A stretch of 64,000 nt of DNA from the sequence record SRR2962707_4378; one strand, 5' to 3'. The notes beneath the pieces are model-generated. The model made no database searches, was not told where the DNA came from, and saw nothing but the letters and a program-made list of their open reading frames with translations. Positions within the stretch are counted from its first letter, which is position 1; each line of letters opens with the position of its first letter. The position numbers were made by a program, and so were the translations under genes. Below, piece by piece: positions 40,851 through 50,865 of this stretch.

Positions 40851-41798
40851 GTGTCTACCAGCAATCGTTTGGCCGGGCGGGAGAGTATTCTGACTGATCA
40901 CACGCCAGAACAATCCGGTGACCGCGCGCTAAGAAGTGCAATGCTTGTAGCGCTTGCAGCCCTTTTCTGGGGGCTTTCGGGTGGTATCGGCGCCATCCTG
41001 CTCGCAGAAGGGTGGGGCTCGTTCGTAGTCTCGTTCTACCGGGGGATTGTCGGCCTGCTGTTTGTACTTGTCTGGCTGATTCTATGTCCTGGGAACAGCG
41101 GATTGGCCAAGCCGCGGCTCTGGTTCTGGGCGGCGGTGGCCGGCCTTGGCGTGGCGGGCAACTTCTCCTTCTATTTCCTCAGTATCTCCGAGGGCAGCGT
41201 TGCCGTCGCGGCGACCCTCATGTATTGCGCCCCGGTGTTCGTGTTTCTGGTTTCCTTTGCCATCGGGCTGGAGCAGCCGACGCCGTTCAAATGCGTGGCC
41301 ATTGTCATCGTTATTGTCGGCATCGCTCTACTCACGGGTATCTATGACGTTGGCGGTAGCAGTATTACGTGGGTTGGCGTGGTTGCCGGCCTGCTTTCGG
41401 GGTTGTCCTATGCATTGTTTATTTTCGGCTTCAAGTTTGCTGCCAGGAACGGCAGCCCTCAGGCTGCTCTGGTGATCGCGTTTGCCGTGCTCGGTATTGT
41501 TCTGATCTGGCCAGCCAGCCTTGTGCAGGTCATTGCTGTGCTGGGTGCACCGGAATGGCCGATGTTCATTGCGCTGGGGGTGCTCGGTGGTGGCGTGTCT
41601 TTTATAAGCTATATCGTGGGTCTCAAGCACACCGTACCAACCGTCGCTGCCGTTGTAGCGATGGTCGAACCTGTTACCGCTACGCTCTTCGGCATTTTAT
41701 TGCTCAATGAGAGCTTGGGCGGCGTCCAGTTCCTCGGCATGGGGCTCATCCTGGTCACAGTGACGGCCTTGAGCGTCTATTCGAGCAAGTCCCAGTAG
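40851..41798 (+). CDS. EamA/DMT family transporter
   Basis: 10 TM; LFWG, Y.APVFV, EPV.ATL; start may be ATG 40941. Confidence 0.88.
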   Translation: MSTSNRLAGRESILTDHTPEQSGDRALRSAMLVALAALFWGLSGGIGAILLAEGWGSFVVSFYRGIVGLLFVLVWLILCPGNSGLAKPRLWFWAAVAGLGVAGNFSFYFLSISEGSVAVAATLMYCAPVFVFLVSFAIGLEQPTPFKCVAIVIVIVGIALLTGIYDVGGSSITWVGVVAGLLSGLSYALFIFGFKFAARNGSPQAALVIAFAVLGIVLIWPASLVQVIAVLGAPEWPMFIALGVLGGGVSFISYIVGLKHTVPTVAAVVAMVEPVTATLFGILLLNESLGGVQFLGMGLILVTVTALSVYSSKSQ

Positions 41799-41927
41799 TA
41801 ATCAACCGGGATTTCAGCGTTCTCTGGCGATAGCCATTTGCCTTCAGAAGCATGAAATCTCGCCCACAATTTGGCGTGCCGTTCGATTAGCTCCTATGTT
41901 GTCGGAAAGACTCGGGGAGGAATCGTC

Positions 41928-43538
41928 ATGGAAGCTCTCGCAAAAAAGTTGGGTCTCAGGACCAACCCGACCATCTTTTTCACGTCCGCTGGGATCATGA
42001 TCCTGTTTCTGGTCGTGCTCCTGATTGCGCCCGGCCCAATCGGAGAGGCCTTCGGAGCGGGGCGTGAATGGATTGTTACCAACCTGGGTTGGTTTTTCAT
42101 TTTCGGGGTGACGAGTTGGGTAGCGTTCCTCTTGTGGGTTGCGCTCAGCCGATTCGGCGCCATCCGGCTGGGCGGCAACGACGCGAAACCGGCCTACAGT
42201 AATATTTCCTGGTTCACCATGCTGTTTGCCGGCGGCATCGGTACCGTGCTGATGTTCTGGGGCGTGGCCGAGCCCATCTCGCACTTTTCTTCCCCGCCGA
42301 GGCCGAATGTCGAGCCCTATTCGGTCGAAGCCGCCGACGATGCCATGAGCTTCGCTATCTACCACCTGGGGCTGCACACCTGGGCGATCTTCACCATGCC
42401 GGGGCTTGCCTTTGCGTATTTTATCTATCGTTACGACCTGCCGATGCGCTTCAGTTCGGTGTTCTATCCGTTGATCGGCGACCGCATATACGGGCCTCTC
42501 GGCAAGACTCTAGATGTGTTTGCGATCCTCGGCACGCTGTTCGGTGTGGCGGTGTCAATCGGGCTGGGCACGCAGCAGATCAACGCCGGGCTGACTGAGT
42601 TGTTTGGCATTCCGGATGCGGTAATCACCAAGGTGCTGATCATTGCCATCCTGACGGCCGTCGCTGTGGGGTCGATCGTCGCCGGGCTGGACTCGGGTGT
42701 GAAGCGGTTGTCCAACATCAATATCGGTATGGCCGTTGGCCTGATGGTATTCGTGCTCTTCACCGGTTCGACGGTTTTCCTTCTGCGAGCCGTGGTTGAG
42801 ACGTTTGGCCTCTACATATCGAACCTGCTGCCCATGGCCTTCTGGAACGACACACTTGCAAGCTATACCGGCGACGATGGCGGCTGGGGATGGCAGGGCA
42901 GCTGGACGGTATTCTACTGGGCCTGGACGGTGACCTGGTCGCCCTTTATCGGCATCTTCGTGGCGCGGATTTCACGGGGGCGGACCATCCGTGAATTCGT
43001 GCTCGGGGTCCTGTTCGCGCCATCAATCTTCACCCTGATCTGGTTCGCCATTTTCGGCTGGTCAGCAATGCAGATCGATGGCATTGGGCCGGAGGCCAGG
43101 GAGGCGCTGGGCGAACAGGCGGGGGTGTTGTCACAAGCCGTAGGGGAGAGTGTTCCCCTGGCCATGTTCGCGTTCTTCGAAAACTTTCCGGGGGCTACGT
43201 TGATCCAGGGCCTGGCGGTTGTGATTGTCGCCATCTTCTTCGCGACCTCATCGGACTCCGCTTCCCTGGTGGTCGATATGTTATGCACGGGCTCGCCGGA
43301 CCCGGGCCCCTGGCATCAACGCGTTTTCTGGGGTGTGTCTGAAGGCATGCTGGCAGCGATGCTGATCGTACTTGCCGGTGACGCCGGGCTGACCGCGTTG
43401 CAGGAAGTGATCACCGTGGTTGGCCTGCCGATGTTCATCCTCGTATTCGCCATGATGTTTGCCCTGTTCCGCGGCCTGGCCCAGGAGAAACTCAGCGAAG
43501 TGAGGGTGGGCAGTCCACCGCGGCCAGAGCAGTTGTGA
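41928..43538 (+). CDS. BCCT family (betaine/carnitine/choline) transporter
   Basis: WFTMLFAGGIG, FWGVAEP, WTVFYWAW...WSPF.G.F.ARISRGRTIREF, TSSDS. Confidence 0.94.
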   Translation: MEALAKKLGLRTNPTIFFTSAGIMILFLVVLLIAPGPIGEAFGAGREWIVTNLGWFFIFGVTSWVAFLLWVALSRFGAIRLGGNDAKPAYSNISWFTMLFAGGIGTVLMFWGVAEPISHFSSPPRPNVEPYSVEAADDAMSFAIYHLGLHTWAIFTMPGLAFAYFIYRYDLPMRFSSVFYPLIGDRIYGPLGKTLDVFAILGTLFGVAVSIGLGTQQINAGLTELFGIPDAVITKVLIIAILTAVAVGSIVAGLDSGVKRLSNINIGMAVGLMVFVLFTGSTVFLLRAVVETFGLYISNLLPMAFWNDTLASYTGDDGGWGWQGSWTVFYWAWTVTWSPFIGIFVARISRGRTIREFVLGVLFAPSIFTLIWFAIFGWSAMQIDGIGPEAREALGEQAGVLSQAVGESVPLAMFAFFENFPGATLIQGLAVVIVAIFFATSSDSASLVVDMLCTGSPDPGPWHQRVFWGVSEGMLAAMLIVLAGDAGLTALQEVITVVGLPMFILVFAMMFALFRGLAQEKLSEVRVGSPPRPEQL

Positions 43539-43598
43539 ACTGACCTGAATTGGTTGCTGATCACTGTTGATGGCTGGCCGAGGCCAGCCATCCTGGAG

Positions 43599-45401
43599 TC
43601 AGGAAAGGTGATGAACGTTTTCCATACCGTACACTGGCGTGTCGATGCTCTCTTTTCGGGCTTTCAGTTGAAGTGCGAGATACAGCGAGTAGTGGCGTGA
43701 CTGGTGCAGGTTGCCCCCGTGGAACCAGAGGGCTTCCTGTTGCGTTGGCTTCCACATATTGCGCAGCTCACCTTCCCAGGGGCCAGGGTCTTTGGTGGTA
43801 TCTGATCCCATACCCCAGCACTTTCCAACTTTATCGGCGACCTCCTGGGATATTATTCGTGCCGCCCAGCCATTCATGGAGCCGAAGCCGGTGGCGTAAA
43901 CAATCAGATCGGCCGGCAGTTCGGTGCCATCCGTCAGGGTGACAGATCGGGGGTTGATGCGTTCAATACCGACCCCGCTTTTAAGCTTGATTTCGCCCTG
44001 GGCGACAAGTTCGGATGCACCGACATCGATGTAATAGCCTGAGCCACGGCGCAGGTATTTCATGAACAGCCCTGAGCCATCATCGCCAAAGTCCAGCAGG
44101 AACCCTGCTCGCTTCAGCCGACTGTAGAAGTCCGCATCCTGTTCGGCGACCTGCTCGTAAACCGGGATGTGCATATCGGGCATGATTTTGAAGGGCACCG
44201 ACGCAAATGTGAGATCGGCCTTTTCTGTGGTCATGCCGTTCTGTACCGCCTCTTCGGAGTAGAGTGGGCCTAGCACCAGCTCCATCAGAGTGTCGGACTT
44301 GATGATGTGGGTTGATGAACGCTGAACCATGGTGACGTCGGCGTCGTTCTCCCATAACGCAGCGCAGATATCGTGTGCGGAGTTATTTCCGCCCAGGACT
44401 ACGCACTTCTTGCCTTTATAGGCAGCGCCACCGGGGTGTTTGCTGGAGTGGTGTTGCTCGCCTTCAAAACTGTCCATTCCGGGAATATCGGGTATGTTGG
44501 GGATGCCCGACATGCCGGTAGCCAGCACGAGCTGCTTGGGGCGAAGGGTGACTTTCTCGCCGTCCCGAACCACCTCCACGACCCATTCCTGACCGGCCTC
44601 ATCGTAGCGCGCCCCCGTGCACTCTGTTGAGCTCCAGTAGTTGAGCTCCATGATCTTGGTGTACATTTCGAGCCAGTCGCCGATTTTGTCTTTCGGCGCG
44701 AAAACGGGCCAGTGGTCCGGGAACGGCAGGTAAGGCATGTGGTCGTACCAGACCGGGTCATGCAGGCAAAGAGACTTGTAGCGGTTGCGCCAGGAATCGC
44801 CTGGATTCGGGTTTCGCTCGATCACAATCGTTGGCACGTCCAGTTGCCGCAGACGGGCGGCCAGGCCAATGCCCCCTTGTCCACCGCCGATGATCACGCA
44901 GTAGGGCTGGCGGCTGTATCCCAGTTCCTGTTCTTCGTCCTGCTTTGCCTCAAGCCAGGTTTTCCGTGACTTGGTCGCTCCATGCTGAGCGCCTTTGGGT
45001 CGAAGAAAGTTTTTCTTCTCGGGAAACTCCTTTAATTCCTGCATGGTGGTCAGCAGGGTCCAGGCACCGCCATCGCGAAGCCGGATGTGCCCTTTACCCA
45101 GAGCATCCCTGGTTTCGAAGGTAATCCAGGCTTCGGTCACGCCGTCCTGTTCTGTCGCGTCTTCGGCAACCTTCCAATTGCTGGGGAGGACATGTTTCGA
45201 GGTCTGTTCCAGCATGTCGCGGATATGGTCCCGGCCCTCCAGGGTTTTTATGTTCCAGGTTATTGCAACAAGATCTCTCCAGAAGCCGTTTGCTTCAAAC
45301 AGTTCCGCCGCCCTTCCAGGATCGCTCGACTGCAGTATCTCGCTGAACCCGTCAAGCCACTGCTGAACTCGTTGGGTGGGGGTGATTTGGGTTTCGGTCA
45401 T
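43599..45401 (-). CDS. Flavin-containing monooxygenase, type II FMO-like with N-terminal SnoaL-like extension
   Basis: GGGQGG, WRNRY.SL.LH, FEGEQHHSSKH, GGNNSAHD, YATG. Confidence 0.88.
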   Translation of the reverse strand: MTETQITPTQRVQQWLDGFSEILQSSDPGRAAELFEANGFWRDLVAITWNIKTLEGRDHIRDMLEQTSKHVLPSNWKVAEDATEQDGVTEAWITFETRDALGKGHIRLRDGGAWTLLTTMQELKEFPEKKNFLRPKGAQHGATKSRKTWLEAKQDEEQELGYSRQPYCVIIGGGQGGIGLAARLRQLDVPTIVIERNPNPGDSWRNRYKSLCLHDPVWYDHMPYLPFPDHWPVFAPKDKIGDWLEMYTKIMELNYWSSTECTGARYDEAGQEWVVEVVRDGEKVTLRPKQLVLATGMSGIPNIPDIPGMDSFEGEQHHSSKHPGGAAYKGKKCVVLGGNNSAHDICAALWENDADVTMVQRSSTHIIKSDTLMELVLGPLYSEEAVQNGMTTEKADLTFASVPFKIMPDMHIPVYEQVAEQDADFYSRLKRAGFLLDFGDDGSGLFMKYLRRGSGYYIDVGASELVAQGEIKLKSGVGIERINPRSVTLTDGTELPADLIVYATGFGSMNGWAARIISQEVADKVGKCWGMGSDTTKDPGPWEGELRNMWKPTQQEALWFHGGNLHQSRHYSLYLALQLKARKESIDTPVYGMENVHHLS

Positions 45402-45484
45402 CACGGTTCTCCAGATTTCCATTGTTTTTGTTGGCGGGGAGTCTTTGATCCCCGGTGCGTTGTTGAACACGCTAATAGGAACGG

Positions 45485-45500
45485 AGCAGATGACGTGCCA
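45485..45500 (-). promoter_or_regulatory. Sigma54 -24/-12 promoter of the FMO gene
   Basis: Minus strand TGGCAC-GTCAT-CTGCT. Confidence 0.8.
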
Positions 45501-45631
45501 CATCGGTCTCCAAGGGCTTTTTATTTTCCAGGTATCTGAAATAAAGGGGTTTCAGGGATTTTTGTGAAAGGAGGAGGGGGTGGCGGAGCCATGTGGCAGA
45601 AGGCCCTGGCATTACGGCTGTAATGCGATTG

Positions 45632-45650
45632 CCTGTAAATGCGTTACAGG
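45632..45650. promoter_or_regulatory. Candidate enhancer (UAS) for the sigma54 activator
   Basis: CCTGTAA-N5-TTACAGG palindrome about 130-150 bp upstream of the sigma54 promoter. Confidence 0.6.
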
Positions 45651-45763
45651 TGTAACGATCACTCAGGCACTAAAGGAGGATGTTGATGCCGGGTAATCCG
45701 GTATAGGCTGTCAGAACGACGAAGCAGTATCTCATCGTAAATGACAACAACAATATCAGAGCA

Positions 45764-47722
45764 ATGCAGGAGCTTGGCATGACGATGCAACAGGCACAGC
45801 GGCGCCACATAGATACGATTCTAAGTTATACGGATGAAGGCGTGTGTGCGGCTTTATCTCCGGAGTCCGAACTGATTGGTCGCTCATGGAAGCGATGTAT
45901 TGACGAGTACGGACTGGACCCGAGCCAGCCGCGTCGTGCCCGGATCGTGACTCATCAAACCCTGAGGGAGCATCAGGACTCGGTCGATGAATTTCTCAAC
46001 GTGGCTCGGGCCGGCGTTGAGCAACTGTATATGAATATCGCAAAGCTGGGTTATGTGCTGTTGTTGACGGATCACCGGGGCATTACCGTGCAGTTTCTGG
46101 GGGATCGGCGTTCTGACCAACGTTTGCGTAAAGCCGGTTTGTACCTGGGGGCCGATTGGAGTGAGAAGTACGCGGGCACCTGTGCTGTGGGTACGTGTAT
46201 TGAAGAGGGGCAGGCCCTGACATGTCACCGGGTCGACCATTTCGATGCAACCCATATAAGCTTGACCTGCACCTCGGCGCCCATTCTTGATCCGCTGGGC
46301 AACCTGCTTGCGGTACTCGATATTTCGGCTCTGGATTCGCCTGATCCACACAGCAGCCAGACGTTTGCACTGCACCTTACCCAGCTCTACGCCCGCATGA
46401 TTGAGGACGCCTATTTCCTCCGCCGTTATCGCAATCAGACGGTCTTCCGGTGTGATGCCTCGCGGGAGTTTGTGCAGGTAAATGGCCAGTACCTGTTCGC
46501 CATTGACGAGGATGGGTGCGTGGAGGCCGCCAATACAGCCGGTCGTTCACTCATGTGGAGCCATGGAAACGGCAGCGATACCAAGCTGACCAGCCTGTTT
46601 GAATGCGAGTTAAGGGACATCTGGAGCATCCCTTACGATCAGGATGATCAGGTCAGGGCGTTCAGGCACTGCATCAGTGGCAATACCTTTTTTGCAGCGT
46701 TGATCCAGCCTAGGATCAAGTCGACGGCTTCCGCATCTTCTGACGCCCTGCCCACTGATGAATCTGTGCCTGAGCTAGATGCGCTGGCAGCGGATGACCC
46801 CGTCATGAGGCGAACTCTTGGTCTTGCCAAACGACTGAGGAACAGAGATGTCGGGCTGCTGGTGCTGGGTGAGACCGGCACGGGCAAGGAAGTGCTTGCC
46901 CGGGCAATACACCAGTCCAGCCACCGCTCCCGACGGGCGTTTGTTGCCGTAAACTGCGCAGCCATTCCCGAGTCACTGATCGAGAGCGAGCTTTTCGGGT
47001 ACGTGGCGGGCGCGTTTACCGGTGCGCGGGCCAGAGGAATGCGGGGAATGATCCAGCAGGCGGATGGTGGGACATTATTCCTGGACGAAATCGGGGATAT
47101 GCCCCTGCAGCTCCAGACCCGGCTGCTGCGGGTGCTGGCGGAAGGCGAAATTCTGCCAGTGGGCGCCGACAGTCCCGTGAAAGTGAACTGTCGCGTGATA
47201 GCCGCCACGCACCAGGACCTGGGCCAACTGATTGAACATGGTGCGTTCCGCGCTGACCTCTATTACCGGCTGAATGGGGCCACGCTGCGCTTGCCCTCTC
47301 TGGGAGAAAGGGCTGACCGACAGCATGTCATTAACCGGGTACTCACACACCTGATCGACCAGGGACAGCTGCCCGATGTTCGAATCCGGGCAGATGCGAT
47401 GAGTGCGCTGCTTGCCTACGACTGGCCGGGTAACATTCGTCAGCTTGTTAATGCACTGGCGTTTGCAGAAGCTACCTGCGACGATGGACAGATCACGGCC
47501 AATGACCTACCAGACGAGTGCTTGAGAGATCCTGCGATCGCGGCAACGAGCGTTGAGCGGGATGTCGACCCCGACGAGAGCGATCCGTTATTGGCGGCAC
47601 TAAAGAAATACCGCTGGAACGTCTCTGAGGTCGCACGTCGTTATGGAGTGTCACGCCCGACTATCTATCGCTGGATGCAGCAGCAGGCGATTGAGGCGCC
47701 GAGGTTCCAAAGCAAAATATAA
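45764..47722 (+). CDS. GAF-containing sigma54-dependent Fis-family activator (AcoR-like)
   Basis: SW.RC, GETGTGKE, ESELFG, GAFTGA, FLDEIG, WPGNIRQL, C-terminal HTH. Confidence 0.93.
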   Translation: MQELGMTMQQAQRRHIDTILSYTDEGVCAALSPESELIGRSWKRCIDEYGLDPSQPRRARIVTHQTLREHQDSVDEFLNVARAGVEQLYMNIAKLGYVLLLTDHRGITVQFLGDRRSDQRLRKAGLYLGADWSEKYAGTCAVGTCIEEGQALTCHRVDHFDATHISLTCTSAPILDPLGNLLAVLDISALDSPDPHSSQTFALHLTQLYARMIEDAYFLRRYRNQTVFRCDASREFVQVNGQYLFAIDEDGCVEAANTAGRSLMWSHGNGSDTKLTSLFECELRDIWSIPYDQDDQVRAFRHCISGNTFFAALIQPRIKSTASASSDALPTDESVPELDALAADDPVMRRTLGLAKRLRNRDVGLLVLGETGTGKEVLARAIHQSSHRSRRAFVAVNCAAIPESLIESELFGYVAGAFTGARARGMRGMIQQADGGTLFLDEIGDMPLQLQTRLLRVLAEGEILPVGADSPVKVNCRVIAATHQDLGQLIEHGAFRADLYYRLNGATLRLPSLGERADRQHVINRVLTHLIDQGQLPDVRIRADAMSALLAYDWPGNIRQLVNALAFAEATCDDGQITANDLPDECLRDPAIAATSVERDVDPDESDPLLAALKKYRWNVSEVARRYGVSRPTIYRWMQQQAIEAPRFQSKI

Positions 47723-47734
47723 GTCTACGCTGCA

Positions 47735-49111
47735 TTATATCTGCTTGTAGACCACCTCTGACAACCGGCTGCGGTTGCCATCCGTATCCAGGGTGCGGAT
47801 AGCGAAGTACCAGGCGCCTTCGGTGAGCTCGTCCACCAGCAACTCGTCGATAGAGGCGTCGCCAACGGCCAGGCTTTGGTCCAGGCTGTCCTCGCTGTTG
47901 CCGTAAACCACCTCAAAGCCGGCAATTTCGCCCATCGCGAGACTGTCACCATTTTCTCTGGTGAGCGGCGCGGTCCAGCTTAGCAGGGCTGCGTTGGTCG
48001 GAACGGTGTCCTCGGGGCTTGGCTCGGGGGCCGACGGTTCGCTGGTGTCGTTGTCCGTTCCGTTGTCGGCGACAGTATCTCCAGTGCTGTTGTCGTCACT
48101 GGTATCGGGCTCTGGTGTGTCGACAACGCTGGTGTCGTCTTCGCCGTATACCTCTGCAATGGTCTTTAAGCGTTGTACGTAGCGGTATTCGGCCACCACG
48201 AGTCTCTGGCTGATGACGCTCGAGTCCACCTCGGCCTGCAGCTCAGAGGCCTGCACTGCCGCGGCAGACACGAGATCGGCCAGAGCGATGTTTTCGCCGT
48301 CGCCCATCAGGCTGATCTGGCCGGTTTCGAGAATCTGGGTTGCCACGTTGTTCAGGACATCGGAAATGTTGTTCCATTGGGCGTTGTTGTTGACCAGGGC
48401 AAGGAAAGCCGCATTGGCAACGGCGACCTGCAGGGCATCGGCAGACACGCCGTTAAACTCGTCCAGGCGAGTCAGGTCTGGCGGGTCGAGGCGCAAGGAG
48501 CCTGCTGCCAGGCCAAACCAGCTTTCAACCCTTTCATAGGCCCCAGAGAGTGCATCGGGGGAGAGCCCATTCTCGTTACGCTCAGCCAGCGCCACGGCCA
48601 AATGGGTCAGCGGCGTGAGGTTGACGGTCTCCATGCGAAGATCACCGGCTCCGCGCAGACTGAAACTATCGTCCAGCATCATGGTGTCGCCAAAGGCAAC
48701 CGGCTCGGCGCCGCTGCGTTCGCATTGGGGAACGACGTCGCAAGTCATGCGGGTATTACTGTCAGCGGTAAGTTCTACCAACGCCCAGCTGTCCGCCTTT
48801 CCTCGCAATTGCCACACATAACTACCGTCGTTTGCTGTCAAAACCGGTTTTGCGGCCTGTCGCTGTGGAGCATAGTAGCCGTCTTTGTCGGATATCAGGC
48901 GAGTGGCGGTCACCAGGCCTTGTTGAATAACGCCTTTCATGGCGGCGCCGGCAAGCTCAACCGTTTCAGCCGCCGGAGTGGTTGACGCTTCTGACTGTGG
49001 TGTCGTGGCGTTGTCTGAGGACGTCATGTCGAGACCGCAGCCCGAAAGCAGAACCGCTAAAGATAGAGTCAGCAGTCCATGCTTCGTTAAATTATTGCCG
49101 CAAGTTGACAT
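47735..49111 (-). CDS. Lipoprotein with acidic linker and C-terminal fibronectin type III domain
   Basis: Lipobox LSGC; LSWTAP.TRENG..L...EIAGF.V.YG; WYFAI...DTDG..S. Confidence 0.8.
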   Translation of the reverse strand: MSTCGNNLTKHGLLTLSLAVLLSGCGLDMTSSDNATTPQSEASTTPAAETVELAGAAMKGVIQQGLVTATRLISDKDGYYAPQRQAAKPVLTANDGSYVWQLRGKADSWALVELTADSNTRMTCDVVPQCERSGAEPVAFGDTMMLDDSFSLRGAGDLRMETVNLTPLTHLAVALAERNENGLSPDALSGAYERVESWFGLAAGSLRLDPPDLTRLDEFNGVSADALQVAVANAAFLALVNNNAQWNNISDVLNNVATQILETGQISLMGDGENIALADLVSAAAVQASELQAEVDSSVISQRLVVAEYRYVQRLKTIAEVYGEDDTSVVDTPEPDTSDDNSTGDTVADNGTDNDTSEPSAPEPSPEDTVPTNAALLSWTAPLTRENGDSLAMGEIAGFEVVYGNSEDSLDQSLAVGDASIDELLVDELTEGAWYFAIRTLDTDGNRSRLSEVVYKQI

Positions 49112-49397
49112 TGTTTCGCACCAATTTATTGACGAGTTCGGACGAATCTTACAGCGGCATTTTTCGGTTATATGCGGTCTGGTTCAGGGTTTTTCGGGTG
49201 AGAATCGTCAGGAAGTTGGCGCTTACAGAGCGATACACGGTGAGACTGAGCGTTACATGCTCTCGGGGCGATTTTGGTTTCTTAAATTTCTGTTATTTAT
49301 AACGTTTATACTAACGCCTGTATGGTCAGACCTGTTGATTGGGCGCGGCGCCGTTATCGGCAATTACAAATTTAAACAGCAAATGGCGCAGTGTCTT

Positions 49398-50243
49398 TCA
49401 GAACAGCCCCATCTGTGGCCGGGTGGCGTCAAGGCACAACGTGTCCACTGTAGGCGCACGTTTTTTCAGCAACTCATTCCACAGCGCGGCCAGGGAAAGG
49501 GCATCGCCCTTGTTCGGCATGTGCATGAAAATATAGGGACGTTTCCCTTCCTCGATCCACGCAGCTGCGCGCTCAACCCAGGGTGCGAGAAACGGACGGT
49601 TGGCCTCCAGGTCGGGATGGCCGACAAAGCGGATCACCGGCGCTGCATCCACAGGGAGCAGATGCACTGGTACTCGCGGTTTTTTGCGCTGTGCATCGCG
49701 TGTTTCCTCGTTATCCGGGGTCGCGGCAAAGAGTGCCCGGCTGTCCATGCACACCCGTGCAATGCGGCGTTCTCTCAAGCCACGATTCAGGGCTTTCTCG
49801 GCCTCCCCCTTGTCAAAGAACGCACTGTGGCGAACCTCAACGGTGCGGGTCAGGGTCGGGGGCAGGGCATCCATAAATCGCCAGAGGTTTTCCAGACGCT
49901 CTGGCCCGAAACTGGCGGGAAGTTGCAGAAGAATGGGGCCAAGCACATCGTTGAGTGGCGCAATTATCTCAAGAAAGTCCGATACTTCGCGGCCAGCGCC
50001 ACTCAGTAGACGGTCATGAGTGATCAGGCGTGGAAACTTCAACAGAAAACGAAAGTCATCGGGCACCTGTGACCGCCACTGTCGGCACTGTTCCTGGCTG
50101 GGCGTGGCGTAAAAAGTGGTGTTGCCCTCCACGCAATTGAGGGCACTGCTGTAACGCGCCAGTGGGCTCTGACCGGGAGGGAGTCGGCTGGTCCAGTCGG
50201 GATGTTGCCACTGGGGGCAGCCGAGAAAGTAGGGTTGTGCCAT
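49398..50243 (-). CDS. DUF72 (YecE-like) protein
   Basis: VEGNTTFYA.P, FRF..KFP..ITH, LQLP..F, EVRH, FMH.P. Confidence 0.92.
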   Translation of the reverse strand: MAQPYFLGCPQWQHPDWTSRLPPGQSPLARYSSALNCVEGNTTFYATPSQEQCRQWRSQVPDDFRFLLKFPRLITHDRLLSGAGREVSDFLEIIAPLNDVLGPILLQLPASFGPERLENLWRFMDALPPTLTRTVEVRHSAFFDKGEAEKALNRGLRERRIARVCMDSRALFAATPDNEETRDAQRKKPRVPVHLLPVDAAPVIRFVGHPDLEANRPFLAPWVERAAAWIEEGKRPYIFMHMPNKGDALSLAALWNELLKKRAPTVDTLCLDATRPQMGLF

Positions 50244-50295
50244 GGTCCCGTTTTACCACCGTTTATCAAGGGTCTGCTAAAAATTAGTCTCTGTA

Positions 50296-50322
50296 TGTCA
50301 CAAACATCAGGGCTGCCCCGTC
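50296..50322 (+). promoter_or_regulatory. ECF41-type promoter
   Basis: TGTCACA-N16-CGTC, the known ECF41 consensus, upstream of the CMD/ECF41 pair. Confidence 0.85.
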
Positions 50323-50387
50323 TACCTCTGTAGAACCTACGTGGACATGATGCCACCTCGTGTCCCCCCATGCAGAGGAGTAAGATA

Positions 50388-50840
50388 ATGGAAACGCGAT
50401 TGAATGCCTACAAGGCTTCCCCGGATGCCATCGCCGCAATGACCCGGCTGGAGGAGTACGTTGGCAGTTGTGGGCTGGAACACAGCCTCATCCACTTGGT
50501 GAAAACCCGGGCATCCCAGATTAACGGTTGCGCCTATTGCCTGCACATGCACACCAGCGATGCCCGCAAAGCCGGTGAAAGTGAAGCACGGCTCTACCTG
50601 CTGTCCGCTTGGCGTGAGTCCGGGCTCTACACACCTCGTGAGCGGGCTGCCCTGGCCTGGACCGAAGCACTGACGAACGTGGCTGACACCGGTGCCCCCA
50701 GTCAGGATTACGAGCAGGGGCGAGCGCGTTTCACCGAGAAGGAGTTCGTCGACCTGACGTTGCTGATCGGTGCGATCAACGTCTGGAACCGGATCAGCGT
50801 GGGCTTTCGGGCGGTTCACCCGAATGACCGTAAACTGTAA
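50388..50840 (+). CDS. Carboxymuconolactone decarboxylase/AhpD-like protein
   Basis: RASQINGCAYCLHMH, ERAALAW.EALT, IN.WNR. Confidence 0.92.
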   Translation: METRLNAYKASPDAIAAMTRLEEYVGSCGLEHSLIHLVKTRASQINGCAYCLHMHTSDARKAGESEARLYLLSAWRESGLYTPRERAALAWTEALTNVADTGAPSQDYEQGRARFTEKEFVDLTLLIGAINVWNRISVGFRAVHPNDRKL

Positions 50841-50865
50841 CCAAGTACGCCGGGAACCAATTGCC

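Noticed and set aside
41928-43538. BCCT transporter as part of the carnitine-acyltransferase system
   Set aside because: 12 kb away with many unrelated genes between; BCCTs are common in marine bacteria
48939-50009. 356-aa + strand ORF
   Set aside because: Overlaps two supported minus-strand genes and an AT-rich promoter region; no motifs
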